Source of the DNA: an uncultured delta proteobacterium
Lineage (GTDB): Bacteria > Myxococcota_A > Polyangia > Palsa-1104
Assembly (NCBI GenBank): GCA_963785725.1
Contig: CAWAWS010000015.1
Location: forward strand, 1-64,000
Direction of reading: 5' to 3'
DNA length: 64,000 bases
Shown piece by piece: positions 1-9,011 of this stretch (positions are counted from its first letter, which is position 1; every line of letters starts with the position of its first letter). Position numbers and translations under genes: made by a program. Below the pieces are notes generated by a model. It did no database searches. It was not told the DNA's origin and saw nothing but the letters and a program-made list of their open reading frames with translations.

Positions 1-1
1 C

Positions 2-460
2 GATCCGGTCGACAGCTTCTTCGGCCTCGACGAGACCGTGAACCCGGGCACGTCGTCGCCGCTCGGACCGGGCCTGGTCGTGCTGCCGAACTTCCCGACC
101 GGCGGCACGATCTCGGTCGCCTTCGACACGATCGAAACGTCGACCGGCACCGTGGCGACGTCGACGGGCTGCAAGTCGCTGGCGATGTTCGTCGCCAACG
201 TCAAGCCGCTGATTCTGGCGAACTGCAACACGTGCCACGTCGGCGCGGCGCCGGTCGCCGGCCTGGCCTTCGACACGACGCCGGATGCGGCGCTGTGCGC
301 AGTGGCGCTGACCGAGATCAACCCGACGACGCCGGCGATGTCGAACCTGCTCATCAAGCCGGATCCGAGCGCGAACGGGGATGCTGGCCATCCCAAAAAG
401 ATCAACCCGTTCACTGCCTATCAAACGGCAGTGACCAATTGGATAACCGCGGAAAAGTAG
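2..460 (+). CDS. 5'-truncated putative c-type heme protein (CNTCH)
   Basis: Frame is open from base 2 (DPVDSFFGLDETVNPG...). CxxCH motif plus a later GHP His. Start of a four-gene co-directional run. Confidence 0.7.
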   Translation, partial: DPVDSFFGLDETVNPGTSSPLGPGLVVLPNFPTGGTISVAFDTIETSTGTVATSTGCKSLAMFVANVKPLILANCNTCHVGAAPVAGLAFDTTPDAALCAVALTEINPTTPAMSNLLIKPDPSANGDAGHPKKINPFTAYQTAVTNWITAEK

Positions 461-475
461 AGCGAGGACCGAACC

Positions 476-1765
476 ATGCGCAAGAACATGCTCAAACAGT
501 TGGTCGTGCTGGCGGGAGCAGTCGCCCTGAGCGGCTGCCTCGGGAGCGCACCGCAGAGTGGCAGCGGAAGCGGCAGCGGATTGGCGGGCTCGGGCTCCTC
601 GGGCTCTGGCGACACCGGTGGCAGCTCGGGCGGCTCGACGAGCGGCGGCTCGACCTCGGGCAGCGGCTCGACGGGGAGCGGCACGGCCGACGGCGGCGCG
701 GCCGGCTCGGCGACCGACCCCGGCCTGGCGGCGCGGCAGATCGACTACGGCCAGGCGCTGCGCACGGCGGCGGTCAAGCTCATCGGCACCTTGCCGACGC
801 TCGACGAGCAGGCGGCGGTCACCGACGCGACCTCGTACGCGGCGCAGCTCGACAAGTACCTGGCGGATCCGCGCTTCGCGGTGCAGCTGAAGGCGTACTT
901 CGGCGACATGATGAAGATGGGCGGCTCCTTGCCGGTCGTGAACGCGGCGAACAAGACGGTCAACGTCAGCCTCGACACGGCGCCGACGTTCGCCACCGAG
1001 CTCGTCGTCAAAGACCTGCCGCTGACCGGCTTGTGGACGGCGACGACGAACACCTGCCCGACCTTGAACACGACGACTGGCGTCTTCACCGACGCGGCCT
1101 GCCCCATGGCCACGGGCGAGTCGGTCTCGGGCGTTCTGTCCGACCCGGGCGCGATGGCGCAGTTCTACTCGAACATGGCCTTCCGCCGCGTGCGCTGGGT
1201 GCAAGAGAGCTTCGTGTGTAACGCGTTCCCGACGGAGTTCTCGGCGACGCCGCAGCCGATGGGCTCGGGGCAGTTCACGTCGCCCTGGCCGTTCACCTCG
1301 ATCACCGGCGGCGCGACGGCGCAGATCAACTTCCAGGATACGTCGTCGATCATCTGCGCGAACTGCCACACGACCATGAACCACATGGCGCCCTTGTTCT
1401 CGCAGTTCGACGTGACCGGCGCCTACACCAACGCGATTCAGGTGCACACGCCGACGCCGGCGGCGCCGATCACGGTCATGGGTGACTGGCTGCCGGCGAC
1501 GGAGAGCCTGGCTTGGCGCTACGGCACGAAGGTGACGACGCTGGCCGACCTCGGCAACGCGATGGCCGCCGACCCGCAGGTGTTGAAGTGCCAGGTGCAG
1601 CGTGCGTGGAACTGGGCGATGTCGAAGACGGACATCGTCAACAGCTTGGCGGTCGTGCCGGACACGACGATTGCCGACCAGTGGGCGCTGTTCCAGTCGA
1701 GCGGTTACAAGCTCAAAGGCGTGCTGAAGAGCATCTTCACCGCCGACGATTTCGTGAAGTTCTAA
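476..1765 (+). CDS. Lipoprotein with CxxCH and DUF1585/DUF1588-like C-terminus
   Basis: Lipobox ALSGC, Gly/Ser linker, CANCH, and C-terminal LADLGNAMAADP..C...SGYKLKGVLKSIFTADDF pattern. Confidence 0.7.
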   Translation: MRKNMLKQLVVLAGAVALSGCLGSAPQSGSGSGSGLAGSGSSGSGDTGGSSGGSTSGGSTSGSGSTGSGTADGGAAGSATDPGLAARQIDYGQALRTAAVKLIGTLPTLDEQAAVTDATSYAAQLDKYLADPRFAVQLKAYFGDMMKMGGSLPVVNAANKTVNVSLDTAPTFATELVVKDLPLTGLWTATTNTCPTLNTTTGVFTDAACPMATGESVSGVLSDPGAMAQFYSNMAFRRVRWVQESFVCNAFPTEFSATPQPMGSGQFTSPWPFTSITGGATAQINFQDTSSIICANCHTTMNHMAPLFSQFDVTGAYTNAIQVHTPTPAAPITVMGDWLPATESLAWRYGTKVTTLADLGNAMAADPQVLKCQVQRAWNWAMSKTDIVNSLAVVPDTTIADQWALFQSSGYKLKGVLKSIFTADDFVKF

Positions 1766-1787
1766 GAGCGAGCGAAGGAGAACGATC

Positions 1788-2531
1788 ATGCTGCGCACTG
1801 CAAATATGAAGATGATGATCGCGGCGGCTTCGCTCGCACTCGGTGTGGCTGGCTGCTTGGGTTCGCAAACCGCGGGCGGCTCGACCGGCTCGACGGGCGG
1901 AGCGGATCCGACGAACGGAAGCCTGGGCATCGCGGCCGCCGGCACGTCGGGCGGCGTGTCGGGCGAGACGACGGGCGGAATCAACAACACGTTCGACCAT
2001 CCGACGGATCAGGACCCGTTCGCGATTCTGCAGCGGGTGGAGACCGAAGGCGCGCCGGCGGTGTCGACCAAGATGCACTCGTGCCAGAAGATGAAGTACG
2101 CGACGGTCGGCAACGTGCTGGCGGCGCTCGGCGTCAACATGGCCAACAAGACGGCGACCTCGGGCGGCGCGATTTACGCCGGCGCGGCGCAGGCGATGGG
2201 CGCGCCCGATTATGCGGCGCGCGTGTCGGAGTCGATCGAATTGACGACGGCCGGCGCGACCAAGCTGTTCGACATCATCACCGAGTCGGCGCCCGAGATC
2301 ATCGCGGCGGTGCCGAAGGCGGCGACGTGCATGACGGCCGGCGCGGCCTCGGCGATCTTCAACGCCGACGGGTCGTGCTCGAAGGCGGGGCTTAGCTGCA
2401 TCCAGGGCTATCCGGCGACGCAAGCGCAAATCGACCTGTGCAACAACGTCGCGACGTCGGCGTCGACGGCGACGATCGGACAAACCCTAGCCGTGGCGAC
2501 GCTGATGTCGGCCGCGCACAGCTGCGAATAA
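1788..2531 (+). CDS. Cys-rich hypothetical lipoprotein
   Basis: AAGGAG RBS, lipobox VAGC, several paired Cys, operonic spacing. Confidence 0.7.
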   Translation: MLRTANMKMMIAAASLALGVAGCLGSQTAGGSTGSTGGADPTNGSLGIAAAGTSGGVSGETTGGINNTFDHPTDQDPFAILQRVETEGAPAVSTKMHSCQKMKYATVGNVLAALGVNMANKTATSGGAIYAGAAQAMGAPDYAARVSESIELTTAGATKLFDIITESAPEIIAAVPKAATCMTAGAASAIFNADGSCSKAGLSCIQGYPATQAQIDLCNNVATSASTATIGQTLAVATLMSAAHSCE

Positions 2532-2547
2532 CCGAGGAGATAGGAAA

Positions 2548-3936
2548 ATGAGCCGTAAGAAATATATCGATCTCCCGGACCACGCGCGGCGGGACTTCAT
2601 CAAGTGGACCGTCGGATTGGGCGCGGCGTTGGGATTGCGTCCGTGGAAGGTGTTCGAGATTCAGGAGAGCATCGTCGGGCCGGCGGTGGCGGATTCGGCG
2701 TCGTGCTCGAGCGTGAACCGCTTCGTCGGCGTGGTGTGCGGCAACGGCGGGCACGCGTGGAATACGCAGCTGTGGCCGCATCCGGGCCAGGCGGGGCTGC
2801 CGACGGGCGCGTTCTACGCGCCGGGCAAAGCGGTGCCGCAGGCGGTGGGCACGGGTGACCACGCGATGTCGGTGGCGCCGGACGCGCCGAAGTTCGCGGC
2901 CAAGAAGATGTCGGCGTTCATCGGCGGCTCGAACGAGACGCACACCACCAAGCCGACGACGGCGATCACGGTGGCGGCGGGCATCAGCATGTTCGCGGCG
3001 GCGGCGGCGCTGCAGACGGCGTCGCCGACGTTGGTGCCGGCGATTGCGATTGGGCAGCAGCCGTTCGGCGCGGCGGCGGGCGCGCCGGCGCTGGCGTCGG
3101 TGGCGAACTCGGCGGGCCTGGTCGACCTGTTCAACTCGGCGTCGTCGACGGCGGGTGGCGCGCTGGCCAACGCGTCGGACGCGGCCTTGTTCGAGGCGTA
3201 CTACAAGGCGAACCTGTCGCTGCACTCGGCGGCGGCGCGGCCGACGATGACGTCGGGTCTGACGACGGGCAAAGTGGCGGCGAACCTGATCGGCAAGAAC
3301 CTGGCGTCGCAGCTGATGCCGACGGCGGCGGACTTGGCGCGCTACGGAATCACGGCGCAGACGGCGGCGAAGCTGTCGTCGATTGGAACGGCGCTGATCA
3401 CGACGGCGAAGGCGTTCGCGCTGAACCTGACGTCGCACGTGCTCTTGCCGGCGTTCGACGACGATCCGCACACGGCGTTCCAGAACATGGCGACGCTGAC
3501 GTCGACGGTGCAGTCGTACGGAAAGATCCTGGACGCGTTCATGTCGGACTGCATGTTGATCGACGACCCGATGTGCGCGGGACGGAAGATCGGCGACAAC
3601 CTGGTCATGGCGTGGCACGGCGACACGACGAAGAACGCGCTGAACTCGTCGGGATGGCCGGATGGCACGGCGAACAACCACAACGTGTTGTACGTGCTCG
3701 GCAACGGGTTCACGAAGGCGGGCTGGTTCGGCGGCATCCAGATGGACACGACGCTGTCGACGTGGGACCCGGTCAGCGGCAACAACGTGGCGACGGGCGG
3801 TATGACGTCGGCGGCGCTGGCGGCGCCGGCTTCGGCGGCGGTGTTGTTCGCGGTGGCCAAGGGCGATATGCGCCGCGTGCAGGACTTCTACCGCGGTCCG
3901 GCGCTCACGGGCATCACCAACCCGACGGATATGTAA
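2548..3936 (+). CDS. Tat-exported DUF1501/DUF1552-like protein
   Basis: Twin-arginine RRDFIK followed by a hydrophobic stretch. ETHT, DDPH and NNHN motifs. Follows a DUF1585-like gene. Confidence 0.65.
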   Translation: MSRKKYIDLPDHARRDFIKWTVGLGAALGLRPWKVFEIQESIVGPAVADSASCSSVNRFVGVVCGNGGHAWNTQLWPHPGQAGLPTGAFYAPGKAVPQAVGTGDHAMSVAPDAPKFAAKKMSAFIGGSNETHTTKPTTAITVAAGISMFAAAAALQTASPTLVPAIAIGQQPFGAAAGAPALASVANSAGLVDLFNSASSTAGGALANASDAALFEAYYKANLSLHSAAARPTMTSGLTTGKVAANLIGKNLASQLMPTAADLARYGITAQTAAKLSSIGTALITTAKAFALNLTSHVLLPAFDDDPHTAFQNMATLTSTVQSYGKILDAFMSDCMLIDDPMCAGRKIGDNLVMAWHGDTTKNALNSSGWPDGTANNHNVLYVLGNGFTKAGWFGGIQMDTTLSTWDPVSGNNVATGGMTSAALAAPASAAVLFAVAKGDMRRVQDFYRGPALTGITNPTDM

Positions 3937-3960
3937 CCAGCACGAAGGTCGGACCCCGAA

Positions 3961-4002
3961 CGGGCGGACGTCGCGGCACCCCCTCACCGCGGCGTCCGCC
4001 CG
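3961..4002. terminator. GC-rich hairpin between convergent genes
   Basis: CGGGCGGACGTCGCGG pairs with CCGCGGCGTCCGCCCG (one G-U). No U tract. Confidence 0.5.
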
Positions 4003-4046
4003 AGCGGATTCCGACGCAGCGAACCGAGCTCACGCCGTCGTAAACC

Positions 4047-5852
4047 TCAGGTCGGCGAGCCGCGCGTTCTCGTGCGGCGCGCCACCGCCTCGGCGGACGG
4101 CGCCTCCCAGAAGTGCGAATTCTCCTTCAGCCACTGCGCGACGACCCGCTGATTCGCCAGCAGATTGTGATCGCGACCGACCTGCTCGAGCGCATCCAAG
4201 AACTGCTCGCACGACGCGTAGCGATCGCCCGGCTCGTACATCAGCGACTTCATGATGCAGTCGGCGAGCGCCTGCGGAATCTCCGGCCGCACCACCGTCA
4301 GCGGCGTCAGATGCGGCCAGCCGACGCGTCCGAGATGCGCCAGCCGCGCCAAGTCGAGGTTGATGAGCTCGCCCGCCAAGAGCTCGTAAGCGATGGCGCC
4401 GACGCCGTATTGATCGGCGCGCGCGTCGACCGCTTCGCCGGCGCGCTGCTCGGGCGCCATGTATTCGGCGGTGCCTTTGACCTCGCCGAGCACCGTCTGG
4501 CGCACGCGCGCGCCTTCACGCGCCTTGGCGATGCCGAAGTCGCCCACCTTGACGATGCCGCTCACCGAGACGAAGACGTTGGCGCTCTTGACGTCGCGAT
4601 GGACGATGCCGAGCGGCTGGCCGTCGGAGTCGGTGGCGACGTGCGCCGCGTGCAAGCCCGAGCAAATCTGCCGCAGCACCGCCAAGCAGATGTCGAGCGG
4701 CAGCTTGACCGCGTTGGCCTCGTAGCCTTGCTGAATGCGCGCCAAATCCGCGCCTTCGACGTACTCCATGGCGATGAAGTAGTCCTCGCCCGCCTTGCCG
4801 AGATCGGAGATTTGCACGATGTTCTGGTGCGTCAGCTGCGAGGCGAGGCGCGCTTCGTCGAGGAAGTGATCGATCGCCACCGGGTCGAGCGCGTGCTCCG
4901 GGCGCAGGACCTTGAGCGCGATGTTCTTGGAGAAGCCGGCTTCGCCCTTGAGCTTGGCCAAGTGGACTTCGGCCATGCCGCCTTTGCCGAGCGAGCGCAA
5001 GATCGTGTAGCGCCCGAAGTCGTCGTTGAAGCGGCCGGTCGTGCGCACGGCCATCGGGCCCGATTCGCCGGCGGGCGTGGCCGTGTTCGCCGGCGCGGGC
5101 GCGGCGCGACGGCGTGGCGCGAGCGCGAAGCCGAGCGCCGCCAAGAGCACGAGCGCGCCCGTCGCCACCAGCGGCACGACCGGCTTGCCGCCGCCGGCGA
5201 CGACGAGCTTGGCGCCGTCGGCGCCGGCGATGGGCAGCGTCAGCGCATGTTGCGCGCCGGCCCCCGCCAATTGGCCGAGATCGCCGAGCTCGATCGCGCC
5301 GCCCGGTCCGACGAGCTTGGCGCGGGCGCCCAGCCGCTGCAGCTCGGCGCGCAAGTCGTCGAACGACACGGCGCGCGACACGGCGACGATACCGACGAGC
5401 TCGTCGGCGCGCTCGAGCGGCACGACCTGCTTATGGATGGTGATATAGAAGTTGTTGCCGACGATGCTGGCGTAGCGGCCGTCGCGCGCCAAGGACGCGA
5501 CCGCTGTCGCCTTTTCCGGCTGCAGCAGGAGCGACGTCGTGTGGCCGTCGCGCCAGCGCTGCCCGAGCTCGACGACTTCGCCCGGCTGCGCCGTCAGCGC
5601 CAGCTCGTCGTGTGTCAGGTCGCGCACCGTCGCCGCGTCGGTCGACACGGCGGCGCGCAATCCCGGCGCCGCGCTCGCCTCGTCGGCGCGCGCCGTCGCG
5701 CGCTCGGCCGCTTCGCGCACGCGCGCGTCGAGCGTCGCGGCGACCTCGTGCAGCTGCGTGTTGGACACGTGACCGCGACCGGCCACGATGAGCGACGCGC
5801 CCAGCGCGCCGCCGACGACCAGGACGGCGATGCGACTACTTAGCCCCGCCAC
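4047..5852 (-). CDS. Membrane Ser/Thr protein kinase with extracytoplasmic sensor domain
   Basis: LGKGGMAEV, ALK, HRDVKSAN, DFGIAK and YMAPEQ motifs. Two TM segments. GTG start 6 nt after GGAG, overlapping the upstream gene end. Confidence 0.9.
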   Translation of the reverse strand: MAGLSSRIAVLVVGGALGASLIVAGRGHVSNTQLHEVAATLDARVREAAERATARADEASAAPGLRAAVSTDAATVRDLTHDELALTAQPGEVVELGQRWRDGHTTSLLLQPEKATAVASLARDGRYASIVGNNFYITIHKQVVPLERADELVGIVAVSRAVSFDDLRAELQRLGARAKLVGPGGAIELGDLGQLAGAGAQHALTLPIAGADGAKLVVAGGGKPVVPLVATGALVLLAALGFALAPRRRAAPAPANTATPAGESGPMAVRTTGRFNDDFGRYTILRSLGKGGMAEVHLAKLKGEAGFSKNIALKVLRPEHALDPVAIDHFLDEARLASQLTHQNIVQISDLGKAGEDYFIAMEYVEGADLARIQQGYEANAVKLPLDICLAVLRQICSGLHAAHVATDSDGQPLGIVHRDVKSANVFVSVSGIVKVGDFGIAKAREGARVRQTVLGEVKGTAEYMAPEQRAGEAVDARADQYGVGAIAYELLAGELINLDLARLAHLGRVGWPHLTPLTVVRPEIPQALADCIMKSLMYEPGDRYASCEQFLDALEQVGRDHNLLANQRVVAQWLKENSHFWEAPSAEAVARRTRTRGSPT

Positions 5853-6819
5853 GCGCGACTCCAAACTTGTCCGTGCCCGGGTCGGCCGGGTGCGAATGCA
5901 CGTCGAGCGGCAGCGTGTTCTCGCCCGCGGCGATGACGACGTCGCGCGTCACCGGGTCGGTGCGCTCGCTCCAGATGCGCGCCTTGTACTTGCCGGGCTC
6001 GAGGCTGCGGAAGTTGAAGTGCCCCTTGTCGTCGGTGACCACGTAGTGCGGCTCGGACACGATGACGACGTAGGCGCTCATGTTGCGGTGCAAGTTGCAG
6101 CCGAGATGGACGATGCCGTCCTTGTCGAACGTGTAGTCGCGCGACTGGCCGCTGCGATAGATGCCGAGATCGAAGGCGGCCACGTCCGAGCGCGAGAAGA
6201 CGTTGTGATAGACGGTGTCGAAGTTGGGGAAGGTGACCGTCGAGCCGGTGGGCACGGTCAAGACGTGGGGCGCGAACTCGCGGTTGCGCTGCTCCATCGT
6301 GGCGTGGCGCGGCGTGCGCTTGCGGAACTTGCCGTCGGCGGGCTCGAGCGTGATGACCGCCGGCTCGCTCAGCGCCTGACCGTCGACTTTGAGCGTGCCG
6401 CGCAGGCTGCCGCGCTTCGGCTTCGGGTCGGGCTCGTCGGCGGCCGAATCGCCGACGGCGACCACCGGCTGCGGCGGCGTCGTCATCGGCAGCTGCTGCA
6501 GCGGCGTCTGCACGCGCGGCGGCGCGCCCTCGCGGAACACCTGCGCGATCGTGGCCACGCCCTCCGGTCCGACGATCAGCTCCGCCGACGAGAACAGCTG
6601 CTCGGCGAACGATCGATTGCCGCGCTCCTTGGCCACCGCCGCTTTGTCGAGCAGCGACGCGGCTTCACGCAGCGCCTCGGCTCTGTCCGCGACCGGTCCG
6701 GGCGCCGGCTTGGGCGCGGACGCGACGGCGGCGACCGGCGTGGCCGCGACCGGCGCCGCCGGTTTCGCCGTCGCACAGCCGGCCAAGAGACACAGCGACG
6801 CTACCGTTCGTTTGCGCAT
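5836..6819 (-). CDS. Cupredoxin-like / carboxypeptidase-regulatory-domain lipoprotein ('methylamine utilization protein'-like)
   Basis: Lipobox LLAGC. FAPHVLTV...FPNFD.VYHNVFS...GCNLHRNM supplies an H/C/H/M type-1 copper ligand set. Confidence 0.75.
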   Translation of the reverse strand: MRKRTVASLCLLAGCATAKPAAPVAATPVAAVASAPKPAPGPVADRAEALREAASLLDKAAVAKERGNRSFAEQLFSSAELIVGPEGVATIAQVFREGAPPRVQTPLQQLPMTTPPQPVVAVGDSAADEPDPKPKRGSLRGTLKVDGQALSEPAVITLEPADGKFRKRTPRHATMEQRNREFAPHVLTVPTGSTVTFPNFDTVYHNVFSRSDVAAFDLGIYRSGQSRDYTFDKDGIVHLGCNLHRNMSAYVVIVSEPHYVVTDDKGHFNFRSLEPGKYKARIWSERTDPVTRDVVIAAGENTLPLDVHSHPADPGTDKFGVARGGAK

Positions 6820-6828
6820 TCGCCTGGA

Positions 6829-6854
6829 TACGCAACGAGCCTGCAGATGGATCG
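6829..6854 (-). promoter_or_regulatory. ECF-type promoter CGATCC-N16-CGTA for the cupredoxin-kinase operon
   Basis: Same elements and 16-nt spacer as the sites at 6858, 7477 and 8978. Confidence 0.65.
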
Positions 6855-6857
6855 CAT

Positions 6858-6883
6858 CGATCCATTATACTCCGGCAAACGTA
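6858..6883 (+). promoter_or_regulatory. ECF-type promoter CGATCC-N16-CGTA for the truncated globin
   Basis: CGATCC at 6858-6863 and CGTA at 6880-6883. Confidence 0.65.
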
Positions 6884-6907
6884 CGTGTGGGTACCGGAGG
6901 ATCCCGA

Positions 6908-7348
6908 ATGAAGATCATGAAGGCAGCTCCACTCGCAGCGCTGTTGTTCGTCGGATGCGCCAGCACGTCGTCGGCCACGAAGGTCGATCCCAACGCCTCC
7001 TTGTACGATCGCCTCGGGCAGAAGCCGGCCATCACCGCCGTCGTCGACGATTTCGTCGCCAACATCGCCGCCGACGCGCGCATCAACGCCGCCTTCGCCA
7101 AGGCCGACATCCCGCACTTGAAGCAGATGCTGGTCGAGCAGATCTGCCAAGCCTCGGGCGGTCCCTGCACCTATACCGGCAAGGACATGAAGACGGCGCA
7201 CGAAGGCATGCACATCACCGACGACCAGTTCAACGCGCTCGTCGGCGATCTCGTCACCTCGCTCGACAAATTCAAGGTCGGCAAGAAGGAGAAGGACGAC
7301 CTCTTGGGTGCCCTCGGCGGCATGAAGGGCGACATCGTCGGCCACTAG
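6908..7348 (+). CDS. glbN: Group I truncated hemoglobin with lipoprotein signal
   Basis: SLYDRLG...AVVDDF...D.RI...F...GGPCTYTGKDMKTAH pattern. GGAGG RBS. Lipobox FVGC. Confidence 0.9.
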   Translation: MKIMKAAPLAALLFVGCASTSSATKVDPNASLYDRLGQKPAITAVVDDFVANIAADARINAAFAKADIPHLKQMLVEQICQASGGPCTYTGKDMKTAHEGMHITDDQFNALVGDLVTSLDKFKVGKKEKDDLLGALGGMKGDIVGH

Positions 7349-7476
7349 GTCGGCGCGCGCCGCCGCGCCGACCGTAATTCCGCTGCCACGACACGGCTAA
7401 TTCGCGCAGTACCTGAAACAAGCTCTCATCTTAGGTCGAATTGTCCCGCGTCCGAGACCGACGATACTTCTGCCGT

Positions 7477-7502
7477 AAATCCGCTCGACTCACTCGCTCG
7501 TA
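7477..7502 (+). promoter_or_regulatory. ECF autoregulatory promoter AAATCC-N16-CGTA
   Basis: Lies upstream of the ECF sigma gene with the same spacing as the sister sites. Confidence 0.6.
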
Positions 7503-7571
7503 TAGATTTCGTGGGCTGCGACAGGGCGTAAATCGTTGCGCTTCCTTGCGAGCCCGGGATATGACGGCTAG

Positions 7572-8174
7572 GTGCTGAGCTTCCTGCTTGCCATCGGCGC
7601 GCGGCTAACGGCCTCGCGAGACGAGGAGGCCGGGCTGATCGCCGCTGTCGCCCGCGGGGAGCGTGAGCCGCTGCGCCACCTGTACGATCGGCTGGCTGGA
7701 CATGCGTTGGCCGTGGCCATGCGCGTGTTGGGCTCGCGTCCCGAGGCGGAGGAGGTCGTTCAAGACGTGTTCGTCGAAGTGTGGACCCGCGCAGCGCTGT
7801 TCGACGCCACGCGGGGCTCGGCGCGAACCTGGGTGCTGTCGATGACGCGCAATCGCGCCATCGATCGGGTGCGCAGCCGCGGCGCGTCGGCGCGCATGGT
7901 CGACGGCGTGCGCGCCGAGGCCGCGCTGTCGCCGCTGGGCACGACGCCGCTGGAGAGCGCGGTCGCGCGCGAGTCGCGCGAGCAGATTCAGGCGGCGCTG
8001 GCGGTCTTGTCGGACGATCAGCGGCAGGTGTTGGAGCTCGGCTACTTCGAAGGGCTGTCACAGAGCGAGATCGCCGAACGGCTCGGCCAGCCGCTCGGCA
8101 CGGTCAAGAGTCGCGTGCGCGCGGCGCTGGAGAAGCTGGCGGCCGCGCTTGCTGGACGAGGCGGCGCCTCATGA
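7572..8174 (+). CDS. ECF RNA polymerase sigma factor (SigK-like)
   Basis: Region 2 AEEVVQDVF..VW...RNRAIDRVR. Region 4 YFEGLSQSEIAERLGQPLGTVKSR. Confidence 0.92.
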   Translation: MLSFLLAIGARLTASRDEEAGLIAAVARGEREPLRHLYDRLAGHALAVAMRVLGSRPEAEEVVQDVFVEVWTRAALFDATRGSARTWVLSMTRNRAIDRVRSRGASARMVDGVRAEAALSPLGTTPLESAVARESREQIQAALAVLSDDQRQVLELGYFEGLSQSEIAERLGQPLGTVKSRVRAALEKLAAALAGRGGAS

Positions 8175-8977
8175 CCTGCGCCGAGTTCAAGGAGCAGGTG
8201 GCCGCCTTCGCGCTCGGCATCCTCGACGCCGACGAGCGCGCCGCTTGCGAGCGCCACTTGGCCGAGCGCGAGCACCAAGGCTGCTTGACGGCGCTCGCCG
8301 AAGCCAACGATGCCATCGCCGTGCTCGGCTTGGCGCTGCCGGCGATTGCGCCGTCGGCGGCGACGTGGAGCGCCATCGAGTCGCGCACGCGCACCGTGGC
8401 CGCGAACGTCACGCCGCTGCGCCGGCGCAGCCGCTTGGCCGTGGCCGCGCCCTGGCTGTTGGCGGCGGCGATGCTGCTCGTGCTGCTCGTGAGCTTGCGG
8501 CAGAAGCAGCTCGTCGGGCGCGAAATGCAGGCCGTGCTCGATCGCTCCAACGACGCCTTGGCGCAGCGGAACCAGTGCGCGGCCGAGCTGGCGAGTATGC
8601 GCAAAGACGCCGAGCAGCGCCGCGACGCCATGGCCTTGTTACAACTGTCGGGGACGAAGCTGGTGACGCTCGCGCAGCAAGGCAGCGAGCATGAAGCTGC
8701 GCTGAACGTCATCTGGCACGCCGGTGTCAAGCGCGGCTACGTGCTCGGTCGCGGCATCACGGCACCGTCGGGCAAGGACTACGAGCTGTGGGTCATCCGC
8801 GGCACACGTAAGATTGCCGCCGGCATCCTGCACGGAGATGCCACCGGCGCGCTCGTCAGCGCAATCGATCCCAAGCTGCTGCAAGAGGGAGCGCCCGACG
8901 CCATTGCTGTTACACTGGAAGCGACGGGCGGCCGTCCACAACCCGAAGGCCCGATCGTCTTGGTCGGCAAAATCTGA
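8171..8977 (+). CDS. Anti-sigma factor, RskA-like
   Basis: ATGA overlap with the sigma gene. AAFALG.LD...ERHL..C N-terminus, one TM, and C-terminal DYELWVI...AIAVTLE..GGRPQPEGPIVL. Confidence 0.85.
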   Translation: MTCAEFKEQVAAFALGILDADERAACERHLAEREHQGCLTALAEANDAIAVLGLALPAIAPSAATWSAIESRTRTVAANVTPLRRRSRLAVAAPWLLAAAMLLVLLVSLRQKQLVGREMQAVLDRSNDALAQRNQCAAELASMRKDAEQRRDAMALLQLSGTKLVTLAQQGSEHEAALNVIWHAGVKRGYVLGRGITAPSGKDYELWVIRGTRKIAAGILHGDATGALVSAIDPKLLQEGAPDAIAVTLEATGGRPQPEGPIVLVGKI

Positions 8978-9003
8978 CAATCCGCGAGGAGTCCCGATTC
9001 GAA
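8978..9003 (+). promoter_or_regulatory. ECF-type promoter CAATCC-N16-CGAA
   Basis: Same geometry as the other three sites, ending 8 nt before ATG 9012. Confidence 0.55.
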
Positions 9004-9011
9004 TGGTCCTT

